The translations under genes were made by a program, and so were the position numbers. A stretch of DNA of 64,000 bases, from NCBI GenBank assembly GCA_024704765.1, contig JAKMXF010000066.1, positions 1,113,883-1,177,882 on the forward strand, read 5' to 3'. The first letter of the stretch is position 1; every line of letters begins with the position of its first letter. The notes under the pieces were generated by a model, which was not told where the DNA came from, ran no database searches, and saw only the letters and a program-made list of their open reading frames with translations. This document shows positions 47,868 through 59,500 of the stretch, one piece after another. The stretch is from Oopsacas minuta (taxonomy: Eukaryota > Animalia > Porifera).

Positions 47868-49898
47868 CTATTTCCTTAACATTTTAGGATTCCTAACGAA
47901 CTCATCTGCTTCTGCTAACAGATCATCAGTTACGTCTTGACTTGGCTGCCATCCTTCGCTATCGCTTGATTCAATCTCTGTGCTGCACGATTCACTGGAA
48001 GAACCGCTGTCATCAAGAAAATCATCTTTCAAATCGTACGAGTTTGTAGTTCCGTCGTCATCACTTGCTCCATCTAGAACACTTTTCTTCTTTGTTTTTG
48101 CAGCTCTCGGCTTTTTTATTCGATGTGAGAATTCTCTAAAATGTGCTGGGTTCTTTCTATAACATTCAGATCCGTATGGACAGATTTTGGTTGGAGTGGT
48201 TGCAATTCCTCGAGGTGGATGAGAATAGCTAGCACGATGATCTGGATTCTTACGATAGCAATCTGCACCATAAGGACATACTGGCAAAATAGCTGCAGTA
48301 CTATCAGTAATTTTATCTGTAATATCAGAATTAGAACTAGTGGGTTCTGGTATGTGAGATGAGTGTAGAGAGTCTGGGCATTCTTTAGATTCTAGAGGGG
48401 GAGCTGGCTTGGAGGTCGTGCCTCCAGAAACTATAGAGTCTTCATGAGTTATGCTAGCATCATTTCTCTCAATCACTGCTGTACTACTACTATTAGAAGG
48501 GGACCTAGTCTTTTTGCTAGTAGCCGATGGCTTTTCTGATACTTTAGTCTCTGTTTCTGGCGTTTTAGTCTCAGTTATCGATTTAACTTTTTTGTTTGAA
48601 GGTATTGCACTTGTATCTTCTAGCATCCAAACAGGTAACTTCCTCTTTTTGTGAGTAGAACTGCTTGAAACAGATCCACCTGTGTCTGTGCCCATTGTAC
48701 TGTCCGAATTACAAGAGTTATTTTCTAAAACAACCTCCATTGCAGGGCCGATTTCATGCTTTTCGATCTCCCCTATACCATTACTCTCGGAATTAACTGC
48801 TGGGATCTCAGCTGTTTCGGTCGTTTTCTTAGAAATCTTCAAAGGATCAGTATCAATTTCTTGTGTAGAAGTAAACTCATCATGATCATCAGCAGGAATA
48901 CATACTGTCTCTGCCGGAATTTTTAAAGTTTCCATATTGTCTGGCACAATTTCCTGTGTGGAATTCATTTCAACTGTATCTGGTATACATAATGTCTCAC
49001 GGAGGTCTGTGGGTATTTCCACCGTTTCCAATGGATCAGCTTCAATTTCTTGTGTGGAATTAAGCTCATCAATACATAATGTATCGGTATTATCTATATG
49101 ATCTTTATACGTTTCCAAAGGATCAACATCGATTTCTGGTGTAGAATTAAACCCATCACTATTTCCAATTGGATGGTATAATGTTTCGCAGTTATCTATA
49201 GGACTTTTAAAGGTTTCTAAAGGATCTAGATCAATATCTTGGTCATCACTCAAACTCGTAGGTATATACAAAGTCTGGCTCGTGTCTGTCGGGATTTGTA
49301 AAGTTTCCAAAGGATCAGCTTCAATTACTTGTGTGGAATTCACCTCTAATGTAGCATCAGGGATATGTAGTGTATCACAGTTATCTATAGGATATTTGAC
49401 TGTTTCCAAAGGGTCTGCATACTTGCCAGAATTCACATCAACAGAATCAGCAGGAAGTAATAATGTCTCAGACGTTTCGACTGGACTTTTGAACGAATCC
49501 AAAGGATCCAGATCAATTTCTTGCGTAGGGGATACTTCATGGTTGTCAATGGGTAAGTATAATGTCTGGTCAGAAGATGAATGCTTGTTATCAACACGAA
49601 AGAACAGTTTGTCAGGAAGAAATGAGAATCTATCCCCATGGCATAATTCTATTTCTTCATCTTTATTAAGAACAACAGTCTTATCAGAGCCTAGTTTATG
49701 TACAAAGGTAGGATTTGTATGTACAGACTTTATGCTTAATTTGGTTTTGGCAGAGTCCAACACGAGTTGTGCGTGATTCCGAGACACAGATTTGTCAGTC
49801 ACTTTTAAAATATGGCCTCGACCTACCAAGATTGTGTCTGTCAGTTGTAGTGGCTTATGATGGCATCCAGATTCAGATTCAATATAGAAAGAAGACAT
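47868..49898 (-). CDS. APLF: Aprataxin and PNKP-like factor with an inserted acidic repeat array, intronless
   Basis: N-terminal FHA (LVGRG..KSVSRNHA), Ku-binding motif KRKLPVWML, tandem PBZ fingers CPYGADCYRKNPDHRASYSH and CPYGSECYRKNPAHFREFSH, acidic tail YDLKDDFLDD...SEGWQP. Confidence 0.92.
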   Translation of the reverse strand: MSSFYIESESGCHHKPLQLTDTILVGRGHILKVTDKSVSRNHAQLVLDSAKTKLSIKSVHTNPTFVHKLGSDKTVVLNKDEEIELCHGDRFSFLPDKLFFRVDNKHSSSDQTLYLPIDNHEVSPTQEIDLDPLDSFKSPVETSETLLLPADSVDVNSGKYADPLETVKYPIDNCDTLHIPDATLEVNSTQVIEADPLETLQIPTDTSQTLYIPTSLSDDQDIDLDPLETFKSPIDNCETLYHPIGNSDGFNSTPEIDVDPLETYKDHIDNTDTLCIDELNSTQEIEADPLETVEIPTDLRETLCIPDTVEMNSTQEIVPDNMETLKIPAETVCIPADDHDEFTSTQEIDTDPLKISKKTTETAEIPAVNSESNGIGEIEKHEIGPAMEVVLENNSCNSDSTMGTDTGGSVSSSSTHKKRKLPVWMLEDTSAIPSNKKVKSITETKTPETETKVSEKPSATSKKTRSPSNSSSTAVIERNDASITHEDSIVSGGTTSKPAPPLESKECPDSLHSSHIPEPTSSNSDITDKITDSTAAILPVCPYGADCYRKNPDHRASYSHPPRGIATTPTKICPYGSECYRKNPAHFREFSHRIKKPRAAKTKKKSVLDGASDDDGTTNSYDLKDDFLDDSGSSSESCSTEIESSDSEGWQPSQDVTDDLLAEADEFVRNPKMLRK

Positions 49899-50350
49899 TA
49901 CTTGGTTGTCTCAGAGATTTAAATAATTTTAGCTAATTGAAAATACAGTAGGTTCTGATTAACAGTGCTACAGGAAAATATTACAATTTTCTGTACTTTC
50001 TTTCCCAAAATGTAGTCGGAAATTGTCATTTATTGATGTGAACTTGGATATACGTACAAGGAACTTTATCATAGTGGTTGGTATGTGGTAATTGGGGTCA
50101 CTTGGACAGAAACAGTACCATATATAGTGTTAGATTGCTTAGTTATTAGGACAACACATCGATTCAGCTTAATCGGTCAAATAACTGCTATTGAGGTAAA
50201 TGTAGTTGTTAATGAGATCTACATTGTACGAGCAGGACCAACACTAATTTTAACTAGTAATTATCAACACATGGTTTGTTATTATAAAATTCGGGTTTTG
50301 TCTCTGGAATTGCGGTATCCGATCATTTGTATTCATCACTTTTTTGCAAT

Positions 50351-50818
50351 CTAACTCAATGAATACACAGACAACTGTATGTTAGTTTCCTTGAATGTAT
50401 CGATTAGAATCTGTTTCACATCTTTCCAAACCAGACGATCAAGACCGCAGCCTATTTTCGGTAAGCAAAGCTCCTTAACATCATTTAGCACGCAATGGTC
50501 TCGCATAGCACATACAGCTTGTCTTAGAGAAGCAAGTTTTGGCTTGTAGTTATATTTCTCTTTAGTTATGAGATAGTATATATAACGGGAATTATCCAGA
50601 AGCACTGAACACTCTCCGATTTCCTTATTTTGAGCCTTGAGAGCTGCTACTCCACCGAATTTCTTCTTGAATATGACAGCAATCCCCTTCCCCATGTGCA
50701 GATCTCTACTCACACAGTGGCCCATACTAGCAGTAGCAGGACAACTGAATAGATCGCCTACTCTCTCAGTTAATATGCTGTCCTTGCAAGGGTCTATTGG
50801 GATATTTTTCTCTGCCAT
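50351..50818 (-). CDS. OARD1: ADP-ribose glycohydrolase OARD1/TARG1 (macrodomain)
   Basis: GDLF, HCVSRDLHMGKGIAVIFKKKFGGV, RYIYYLITK, LPKIGCGLDRLVW. Confidence 0.93.
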   Translation of the reverse strand: MAEKNIPIDPCKDSILTERVGDLFSCPATASMGHCVSRDLHMGKGIAVIFKKKFGGVAALKAQNKEIGECSVLLDNSRYIYYLITKEKYNYKPKLASLRQAVCAMRDHCVLNDVKELCLPKIGCGLDRLVWKDVKQILIDTFKETNIQLSVYSLS

Positions 50819-51227
50819 CAGTTAAGGCTATGTCTCATAATTATATTTAAAATCTCAAATTTGATTACATCGTCTATGACACATCATTTTAAACCAAATT
50901 TGGCTAAAATGCATTTCCAACCGTTCTACTTAGAATACAGTGATTCCACAAACAGGGCTTGTGGAAACGGGGAAATTCTGTAAATTGAGTAAAAGAAAAT
51001 AGATCGAATTCCTGGTTCCAAATAAATGAACCTCGAAAAACGAAGAATTTGGCGTAGATGCGAGTGTATTTAAACTAGGGATATACAACTGTATTTTTAC
51101 AGACTATTTATCTAATCTATTCGGACTATGGATAAGTTACAGAAAGTTAACTCTAAAGTAAAAACAAAATCTAACAAACATGTACTACTACCCAGTAATA
51201 ACTAATAACTCACCATGCATACCATAA

Positions 51228-53576
51228 CTAATTCTCATCTGTATTAACAGATTCTAGACACAAATCATCTAACATTTCTTCCAGAGCAATAGTAGGTGCT
51301 TGATCTTCACCGGAAGGAGAATCTACTGTATCCATTACATCACTGTCACTCGTCATGACGTCATTAATATCCATACCAACAGGTGCTTTCCTCCGATGTC
51401 TCTTTGCATAAGGTTTCTTATAAATATTTACCTGTTTCCTCATTTCTTTATCTTCCTCCAATTCTTCCATGAATTCTTCTAACCCGTCTTCTCTGTCTGT
51501 TTCCATCTCACCTAGTCTCTTCAACTCCCATTTCCGGTTCTTAGACCTGGTTACGCTATCCCCATAGTATTTCTTCAGGATAATGACGTCAGGTAGTCTT
51601 GTAATGTCTCTGTCAAAATCTTTTTGAAGATCAGAGCTGAGATTTAGATTAGAAGTTTTTATACAAAATCCAATAGCACAATCTCCTGGTTTTAAGATAT
51701 GACCTAAGTGAGTACGTGAATGTATCTGCTGGTCCTGTTCCGATCCTATAAGACTTCCCTCCTGCATGCGTAGTAGCCATAAATCTGATAGTGTATTGTT
51801 AATGGGTGTGCCTGAACCTCTTGAGTTACGAACTAAACCTAAATAAACGGAATAGATCAAGTATACGTATTTTCGGCTATTTTCGACTGGAATAGGAGGA
51901 ATAACGTGATATCCCAGGAAAATATCAAAAATACCATAAATTTCCTAGACCTATGATATACCTTTTTGAAACTTCAGATCAACTTCATTCTCCAACACAA
52001 GGAATTGTAGCAAATTCTTAGGATTGGACAGAACAGGGAAAGGTTGTCTCCAATACTGATTACTACTAATCTCACAGGTTTGAAGAGAGAGAGGATCTAT
52101 CAAGTGAATAACTTGAGCTACTTTAGTACAAATAAGAGGACCTTGTGATATGTTACCAAGGGAACGAGCGAGGCTCTTAGGAATATATACAACATCGTCT
52201 TTACAGATTGGGACGACTTCTACTGCGTAAGCGAATTTGTAATCATAAGTGTTGTTATGTGTGTCATGAGAGACTAGCTCCTTAGACAATTTGTATCTAA
52301 TTGGAAGAAATAACGAGTTGAAATGTGGGAGAGTAATAAATCAATAGTAAACTCCTGTTATATCGTACACAGATACGAAATACCTGCTTATATCAACTAT
52401 CTATGAAGTACTCGATAGACTACAATTACTATTAGAATTATAATATCGGTATAACCTGCAAGGAACAACTTCTAGAAAGAAATCCACCAATTTCCTAGCT
52501 TGATCCTGTTGCAGAAAGAAGAAATCTAATCCATCTGGAGACGTCTTTATCTTACTAACCCTCTTATGAGGTTGTAATTTAACCATCAACTGTTCTAAGT
52601 ATAATAACGTTTTCTTATGTACAGCTCTCTGACGTAATTGTACAGTAGCACGCCATGAAGTGTTAGTTTCAGCTCTATGGCAGTCAGAACAGATTAGATG
52701 CATTACTATAAACTCTACATGGCATTTCTGTTGTAGGATTGAGCCCATTACGTCAGCTTGTAATGTCAGCCATACTTTTATTCGTCTGGAATGAGGCTCT
52801 GTCCAAGTGAATCCGGCATCTACTAATCTAGATTGATAGTTAAGCAATATAAACCGAATTAGATGTGTACAGTCAGTCAGCTCCCGTTATATCAAATTAC
52901 CCGCTTTTATGGAAAACTGAAATTGTACAAATATGGTTCCAAACTGTCAAAGTAACAAATATTTCAACAGTCATACCGAAGTAATTATCGAGGTCCCTTG
53001 AGCTTCAATATAACAGGAGTTGACTGTACATAAACTCATAGTTTCGGTGAGTTTCTAGTGTATCTTATCAACCGAAAAATCACTTCTATTCGAAGACATT
53101 AGAAAGTTGTTGAATATCTAATATCCTATACCGAAAGTATTATAATACTATTGTTTCAGTTTATAAGACACAACATTGATGCGATACAAAAGTTGAGTGA
53201 AAATTTCGAAATCAAACAGCTTACACATATCTTACCTAGGTTGATCTCTACCACCATATCCTTTTATCTTCTTAAGACAATGAGCCAGTAGCTCTCTGCT
53301 CTCTATGCTAACATTTAACCATGAATTAGGAGGTTGTAGATAACGGTCACAGAATCTGCACCACTGTAACTGATTCTGTGTAGAAATAGACTGGGTAACA
53401 TTCACCTGTGCTTTCAGACACAATATGCACATGCTGGTGGGATTAGGTGTTATTGATTCACCGCACATACAACATACAATAGTTGGTAACGTGGCGTCAT
53501 CAAATATATCCTTTTGAATAGCGTTTTGTACTACTTGAGGAGTATCTGAATCAAATACAATATTACTGCTAGCCAT
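51228..53576 (-). CDS. NMD3: 60S ribosomal export adaptor NMD3, four exons
   Basis: Exons 53576-53236, 52827-52456, 52296-51962 and 51838-51228 give CCMCG.SI.PNP..MC..CL, ESRELLAHCLKKIK, RLVDAGFTWTEPHSRRIKV, SHDTHNNTYDYK and FMEELEED.EMR..VNIYK. Confidence 0.95.
52870..53026. mobile_element. MITE family A copy in NMD3 intron 1
   Basis: TA-CAGTCAG(TCAG)CTCCCG ... GGAGTTGACTG-TA; interior collinear with the 43312 copy. Confidence 0.85.
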
Positions 53577-53635
53577 TAGAAACTGAATGAATAGAATAAT
53601 ATTAAATTTGGAAATTACTAAGACCCCTGGAATGA

Positions 53636-53928
53636 GAAACTTGTTTCAGCTACACACGATGTCAATCTAAGCATGTGGCCGCGGCATTTCATTACCTCAT
53701 TGTTCTATGAAGTTATCATACTACAAAGTGGCCAATTCATGGAAAATTTCAACGACTCTACTTATAAATGTTATTTAAGCGTGTTAAAGAGGTCTGTGAA
53801 GTTAAAATCACTACTATTCACCAGTTATCTAGTCGATATGTTGAATTTCACTGAGAAAATGGTAAAATATTAGCAAAACTCATGTGGCAGGTAAACTTGA
53901 TGCGGGAAGTGGAGCTGAAACAAGTTTC
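53636..53928. mobile_element. About 300-bp MITE family E
   Basis: GAAACTTGTTTCAGCTACAC ... GTGGAGCTGAAACAAGTTTC terminal inverted repeats; collinear second copy at 58677-58980. Confidence 0.85.
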
Positions 53929-54000
53929 CAACTAACATAAAGCATTTCAATAAATTGATAATCTTGCATTGAAAATTATTCCTAAACTATTATGACGTAA

Positions 54001-54438
54001 TTATTTCTTCCCTGGTACAACAATCTGTAACAATTCTCGTATTTTTCTCCGTAATCTATTCTGATTAGGTCCTGTTATGATACCAACTCTCTCTTTATTT
54101 CTAAAGAATAAAGTCTTTGGCACTGCGTGTATGTCAAAGTGCTGCACAACTTTCGGCACTTCCTCAATATCGACGCTTATTATATCAACATCAGGGAATT
54201 CTGTAGCTAACTTCTCAAGAGCGGAGAGAGCGAGTCTACAAGGAGGACACCAGTTGGAGAAGAAGTCGATCAGTACGAGTTTGTCAGGTTCTTGACTCTG
54301 TAGAATGTTACTGAGTGCTTGGAATGAATTTATGGATTGTATTTGTGTAGTGTTTGTGTGTGTGGGGGCAATCAGAGAGAAGTTTAGCTGAGGTAGTCTC
54401 AGGTGTAGGAATGCACGAACATAGGCTCGTCCTAACAT
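54001..54438 (-). CDS. Thioredoxin with N-terminal extension (mitochondrial TXN2-like), WCPPC active site
   Basis: KLVLIDFFSNWCPPC, SVDIEE, the cis-Pro motif AVP, and G before the final helix. The Arg/Leu-rich, acid-free N-terminus resembles a transit peptide. Confidence 0.88.
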   Translation of the reverse strand: MLGRAYVRAFLHLRLPQLNFSLIAPTHTNTTQIQSINSFQALSNILQSQEPDKLVLIDFFSNWCPPCRLALSALEKLATEFPDVDIISVDIEEVPKVVQHFDIHAVPKTLFFRNKERVGIITGPNQNRLRRKIRELLQIVVPGKK

Positions 54439-54784
54439 TTGACTAAATATCTAACAATGCGTAAATTAGAATATCTTCATAATTACAAAATATTGATTTG
54501 AAGCAAACTACTAAATGTATTATTTAAAAAGCCATAATTAATTGTGATGTCATAGACAATTAAAGTTGCCATATCTCATAAGATTTTCAATTATTTTCGA
54601 TAGTCTTAAATTGAAAAAATGTAGTTCATAGTGTCCTCTTTCAGTAAAATTAGTATTTGCAAAGACCTCGCATTCTCTAAGAATATTTAGTCTATTAAAA
54701 ATTGCAATAATTCCATACATGGAAGTAAAGTTTACACAGTAGAGCTAATCTTAATTTTCATATGCAATTTGAAAGTTTTTGAAA

Positions 54785-54911
54785 CAGTGGATGCCGATCC
54801 GGTTGGGGAGTAGCAATACACGTTCTTATAACCGGCATAAATATACGAGAAAATTTTTCAAGAGGATGGCGCATGTCCCTATTACCAGTGTTCTTAAACC
54901 GGCATCCACCG
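54785..54911. mobile_element. MITE family C
   Basis: CAGTGGATGCCG ... CCGGCATCCACCG-TA inverted termini. Confidence 0.75.
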
Positions 54912-55128
54912 TATCATGACATGCTGGCAATAGTCTACCTCTCCCATATAAATATTCTGTGTACAAAATTATAATTAGTGAATAAGTAAATTAATATAGG
55001 ATATAGCAGCAAAACATAAATGAAAATATACGTACTAAAATAATAAAGTAGACCTATACAGAAGCAATTATCTACAATCAGAGAACTGAAGTACAAATAC
55101 AAGATTGTGTACTCAGAAATAAATATGT

Positions 55129-56127
55129 TTACGGATATTTAGAGGCCCCACCCAACTCGTGAGCTTTCTCCTCCTTTTCCACTACACCAGCTTTCATGCG
55201 GTTTATCATGACCGCGGCATTGACTACTTTAGCCCAAGTCTTACGGGTTTTAGTCTTATTCATATTTCCGGTGAAATGTGAGTGAACTGATCCATGTTTG
55301 TCCGTTTTTATCCAAGGATGTTCAAGCGCCTCTTTACACGACATACGTAGTGTGGGATCGAGGGTAAGAAGCTTGGAAATGAAATTCTTAGCTGTTTCTG
55401 AGATTTCATCCCAATATGGCGATTCGTATTCATACTCACCTTTCTTTATCAATTCGAATAGCTGTAGATCATCTTCATCATAGAATGGTGGATAACCGCA
55501 TAATAAGATATACACGATAATACCCAAGGACCAGAGGTCCACTGCTTTGTTATAAGGCTCCTGACGGAGAACTTCTGGAGCTACGTACCCCGGCGTACCC
55601 ACAGCTGTCTTCATTAGGTCACCGATTGGAATCTTAGAGAGTCCAAAGTCAGACAGCATAATCTTTGAATTCTCAGATTTGTCGAATAGAAGTAGATTTT
55701 CAGGTTTCAAGTCTCTGTGTACAATTCCAGATTCGTGTAGATAGTCAATAGCCCGTAACAGCTGTAAGGTAATTCCCTTACCGTCTGCTTCTGTATAGTT
55801 ACCACGCTCTACTATCGCGTCGAATAATTCGCCTCCTTCCACCATCTGCATTATGAGGTACAAATACGCGTCACTGTCGATTACGTCATACATTCGGATG
55901 ATGTTAGGATGGTCCACTTTCTTCATAACATCAATTTCGTTCTTGAGAAGATCGTCTTTGCCCAAAAGTTGCTTTTTGTTGATACATTTTATAGCAACCA
56001 TATTACCCGTTGCCAAATTTTTCGCCGAGACAACTTCCGAGAAAGCTCCGTGACCCAGGACGTCAAACAATTTGTAACGTTTCGTTACCTTCTCCCCGAA
56101 CATTTTCATATTAATCTTTCCAGCCAT
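55129..56127 (-). CDS. CAMK1: Calcium/calmodulin-dependent protein kinase I, intronless
   Basis: LGHGAFSEV, VAIKCINKK, GGELFDAIVERGNYTE, HRDLKPENLL, MKTAVGTPGYVAPEVL..EPYNKAVDLWSLG, YWDEISETAKNFI, and a calmodulin-binding W...VNAAVMINRM segment. Confidence 0.95.
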   Translation of the reverse strand: MAGKINMKMFGEKVTKRYKLFDVLGHGAFSEVVSAKNLATGNMVAIKCINKKQLLGKDDLLKNEIDVMKKVDHPNIIRMYDVIDSDAYLYLIMQMVEGGELFDAIVERGNYTEADGKGITLQLLRAIDYLHESGIVHRDLKPENLLLFDKSENSKIMLSDFGLSKIPIGDLMKTAVGTPGYVAPEVLRQEPYNKAVDLWSLGIIVYILLCGYPPFYDEDDLQLFELIKKGEYEYESPYWDEISETAKNFISKLLTLDPTLRMSCKEALEHPWIKTDKHGSVHSHFTGNMNKTKTRKTWAKVVNAAVMINRMKAGVVEKEEKAHELGGASKYP

Positions 56128-56466
56128 TTGTGTGCAGAATCTAACACACAAAACTATTTATAATATTGGTAATAGATAAATTTAAGGAAATGCTTAGTAG
56201 TGCTTTCAGTACAATTATCTGATAACAGCAAAGCATAATGATGTTGGCCAAGAGGATATGAAATTACATAAGAATGTTTGGTGAAATTGTAGCAAACAAT
56301 AGCGACTATTATTGCTGTCTTTAAATAATATTATAATGAAACTAATTACGATATATATGACGGTGTAATATGATCTCGAAATAGGACCATACATCATACA
56401 GTATTCAGTACTTATACCACGCTACGTGAGGTAACTACCTTATTTAGGTAATTTTGGATATTATAA

Positions 56467-56488
56467 ACACACACACACACACACACAC
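56467..56488. repeat. (AC)11 microsatellite
   Basis: Direct reading; 17 nt upstream of the kinase-Claw ATG, in the divergent gap shared with CaMKI. Confidence 0.9.
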
Positions 56489-56505
56489 GAGTTGTCATAG
56501 GAAAA

Positions 56506-59500
56506 ATGCCGAAGTATCCAACTGTGAAAGAAATGAAACAACAGCGTAATGCCAGTAAGAACCAATTCACTCAAACGAATGAGTTCGTTTGGTGTAAAAT
56601 GAACCAGTTAGGGAAGGGGGCATTCGGTACAGTGTATTTGGGCTGGAGAGAGCCAGATGAAGAGTATATTGCAGTCAAGGCAATCCCTCAAACAACGATA
56701 GATATGGAGGAAAAAGTCAAACTGTTCTTGAAACGAGAAATCGAGATAATGAACACACTCAAAGGAGCTCCTTTCATTGTACAACTCATGTACTTAGAAA
56801 GGAACGCAAACGGTGTGAATATGTTTATGGAAATGTGTGATACAGATCTAGAAAAACATCTAGTAACAAATAAAGTTACTCAATTACAGCTGATTCGGTT
56901 TATGCAGCAAATAGCAATTAGTATCAATGCAATGCATGCCAAAGGAATTGTGCATAGAGATCTCAAGCCAGCAAATATCCTTATAAAGTATAGAGACACA
57001 AATATGCAAGAATTCGACATTAGGTAACAAATAAATTTATTATATGTACAGTGAAACCTCTACAAACGGGAGCCTGTGGAAACGGAGAGAAAATACATAG
57101 AGCGAATTCCGAGCTTATTTCGGCTGTTGCCTGTGAACCGGTTTGTGGAGGTTACACTGTATAACGATATTTGACTGTGACTACGTATTTTCAATGTATA
57201 GATTGGCAGATTTCGGGTACAGTCGTTTCTTCAAGACAGAAGGCCCCGAAGGAATGGAAATCAACAATATGCTGGATTCAGCAGCTGGCACCCCTGTATA
57301 CATGGCTCCAGAAGCTCTGGCTTGTGTTGTGGAACAAAATGCGCATTATAACCAACTCGTGGATATTTGGAGTGCAGGAGCTATCATATACAGAGTTGTA
57401 GTCGGTGAGTACATAGGGTAAACCAGCGGTTACCAATCTAGGATCCGGAGACCCCTTGGTGGTCAACGGACGACAGCAGGGGGTCCACATGATCTCAAAA
57501 TTTGTATTGCAGTCTATAGGAGGAGGAGAAGGACCACAGAACCTGTTAAAATTGGTATATTCAGGCATTTCCCTATTACACTTGAAAATATCCTGAAATA
57601 TCTCAAAATAGCAAAGTTTCGCAAGGAATTACAAAATTTTTGAAGTGAACCTCTGGAGGGTTGTCGAATATGTCCACTACCCGACGAGTGACGACCAGAC
57701 GTTAGTTGTTATTAGTGTGTGTGTATTAGGTGAACACGGATTCTACCATAGAATGCAAATGACAATGCAGGAACTCTTGAATGTTATCCGCAAGAAAGGC
57801 ACAGCTATTGGAGTAGTTGTAAATCCAAAAGGAAAGCCAATCTACATCAAGGAACTCCCTGAACAGACGGAAGATATCTTGAATCCACAAATGAAGCAGA
57901 CGGTTTCTTCAATGATCAGAGAAATGCTACAAGTTGAACCTCAGCTAAGAATGACAACCAGCAAGTTCTTACAGACTGTTGACGATATTGCAGTTTCTAA
58001 ATTCAATGTTATCTCCGTACACACAGGACAACAAACTAAAGTACCTATTAACCAGGAAATGACCTTGGAAGAGTTGGTACACACGTTAGCAAAGGATTTC
58101 AAGGGTAAGCACATTCAATTTCAAGCAAGGTTTGGCACCGATGCGAAATATTGGACATAAAAAATATCGAAAATATCGATGTACGTATGTATTGGGATTT
58201 CCAGAAGAAATATCGAAAATTATCCAAAAAATATCGATATTTTCGATATTTTTCTGTATTTTAACGAATTTTTCCTATTTTTAGAAATATCGTATCGAAA
58301 ATTTTAACCGATTTCAATGTTTGCCAAACTTTGTTTCCAGAAACTTTATCAATGTTTTCTATTTTGAATAGAAATGCCAGTAGCTGAAATGCACTTAATA
58401 TACGAGTCTCATACTAGTGAGAATATTGTCGCTACAAACGACCAGCTAAAGAAACTCTTAGAATTCCTAATGAGGTCATCCCACAAACCAGATGTTTTCC
58501 TTGTAAGCGGTGCTCTCCTCAAAGAGCTGGATCTCCCATACGATGAAGACATTAATGTTACAGCTAATCTATCTGCACTTTTGCAAATCAAGAGCAAGCG
58601 AGAATTGAAGGCGCAAAACAATACAGTTCTACTACCCCAGGTTGGATTAGTATAATTACGTCACACATATAAATGGGAAAACTGTTTCAGCTCCACATGA
58701 GCATGCGAGTGGGCGGCATTTCATTATCATTATCATTTTGTGACGTTATCATATTGTTAAGTGGCCAATTTATGGAAAATTCAACAACCCTACTTCGAAA
58801 TATGTTTTTTAAGCGTGTTAAAGGAGGTCTGTGAAGATAAAATCGCTACCATTCACCGGCTATTTACTAAATATATTGTGTAGTTGAAATACACTGATAA
58901 AATGGTGAAATATTGAAAATATTCATGCGGCCTGATGCAGCAGATAAACTTGATGCGGGCAGTGGAGCTGAAACAAGTTTATAACTACCAGTAGCCTAAA
59001 TATTAAATGTTGCTTTAAATAATGAAGTTCTATATTAGGTATGTAAGTCTACAATGGAGGAATACCAAAGTCTTCAGAAACAGCAACTAATAGGTTATCA
59101 AGCATTCATAACACACAGCATAAATGCAGTATCAAGATTTCAGGTCATAATATCCAGAACTGAAAAGGCACAGTCTGCAATGGACGCACAAGTCAATACA
59201 GTATTCAGATGTATTGAAGATGCAGTAGACTCCTTACAAGCACATGGATATGAAAATGAAGTCAATTCGTTACATGGAATAGACGAGGAATTGAGAGGAA
59301 TTATGAATTACATACAACAGTGCAAAGGCAAAGTAATAACAGCCTTTGAAACACAAATGAGGCAAGTTAAAGATATCAAGAGGCGAATGGGAGAACTCTC
59401 CAGTGACGATGTTATTATCTCCGCACAGAAAAAGTGTAGAGAAATTACAAAAGAATCGTTAGACTCACAACTCGACAAATCTGAAGATTTGTTAATGCTT

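Noticed and set aside
58105-58371. MITE-containing introns as introner-created introns
   Set aside because: The elements lie inside introns and do not supply the GT/AG boundaries.
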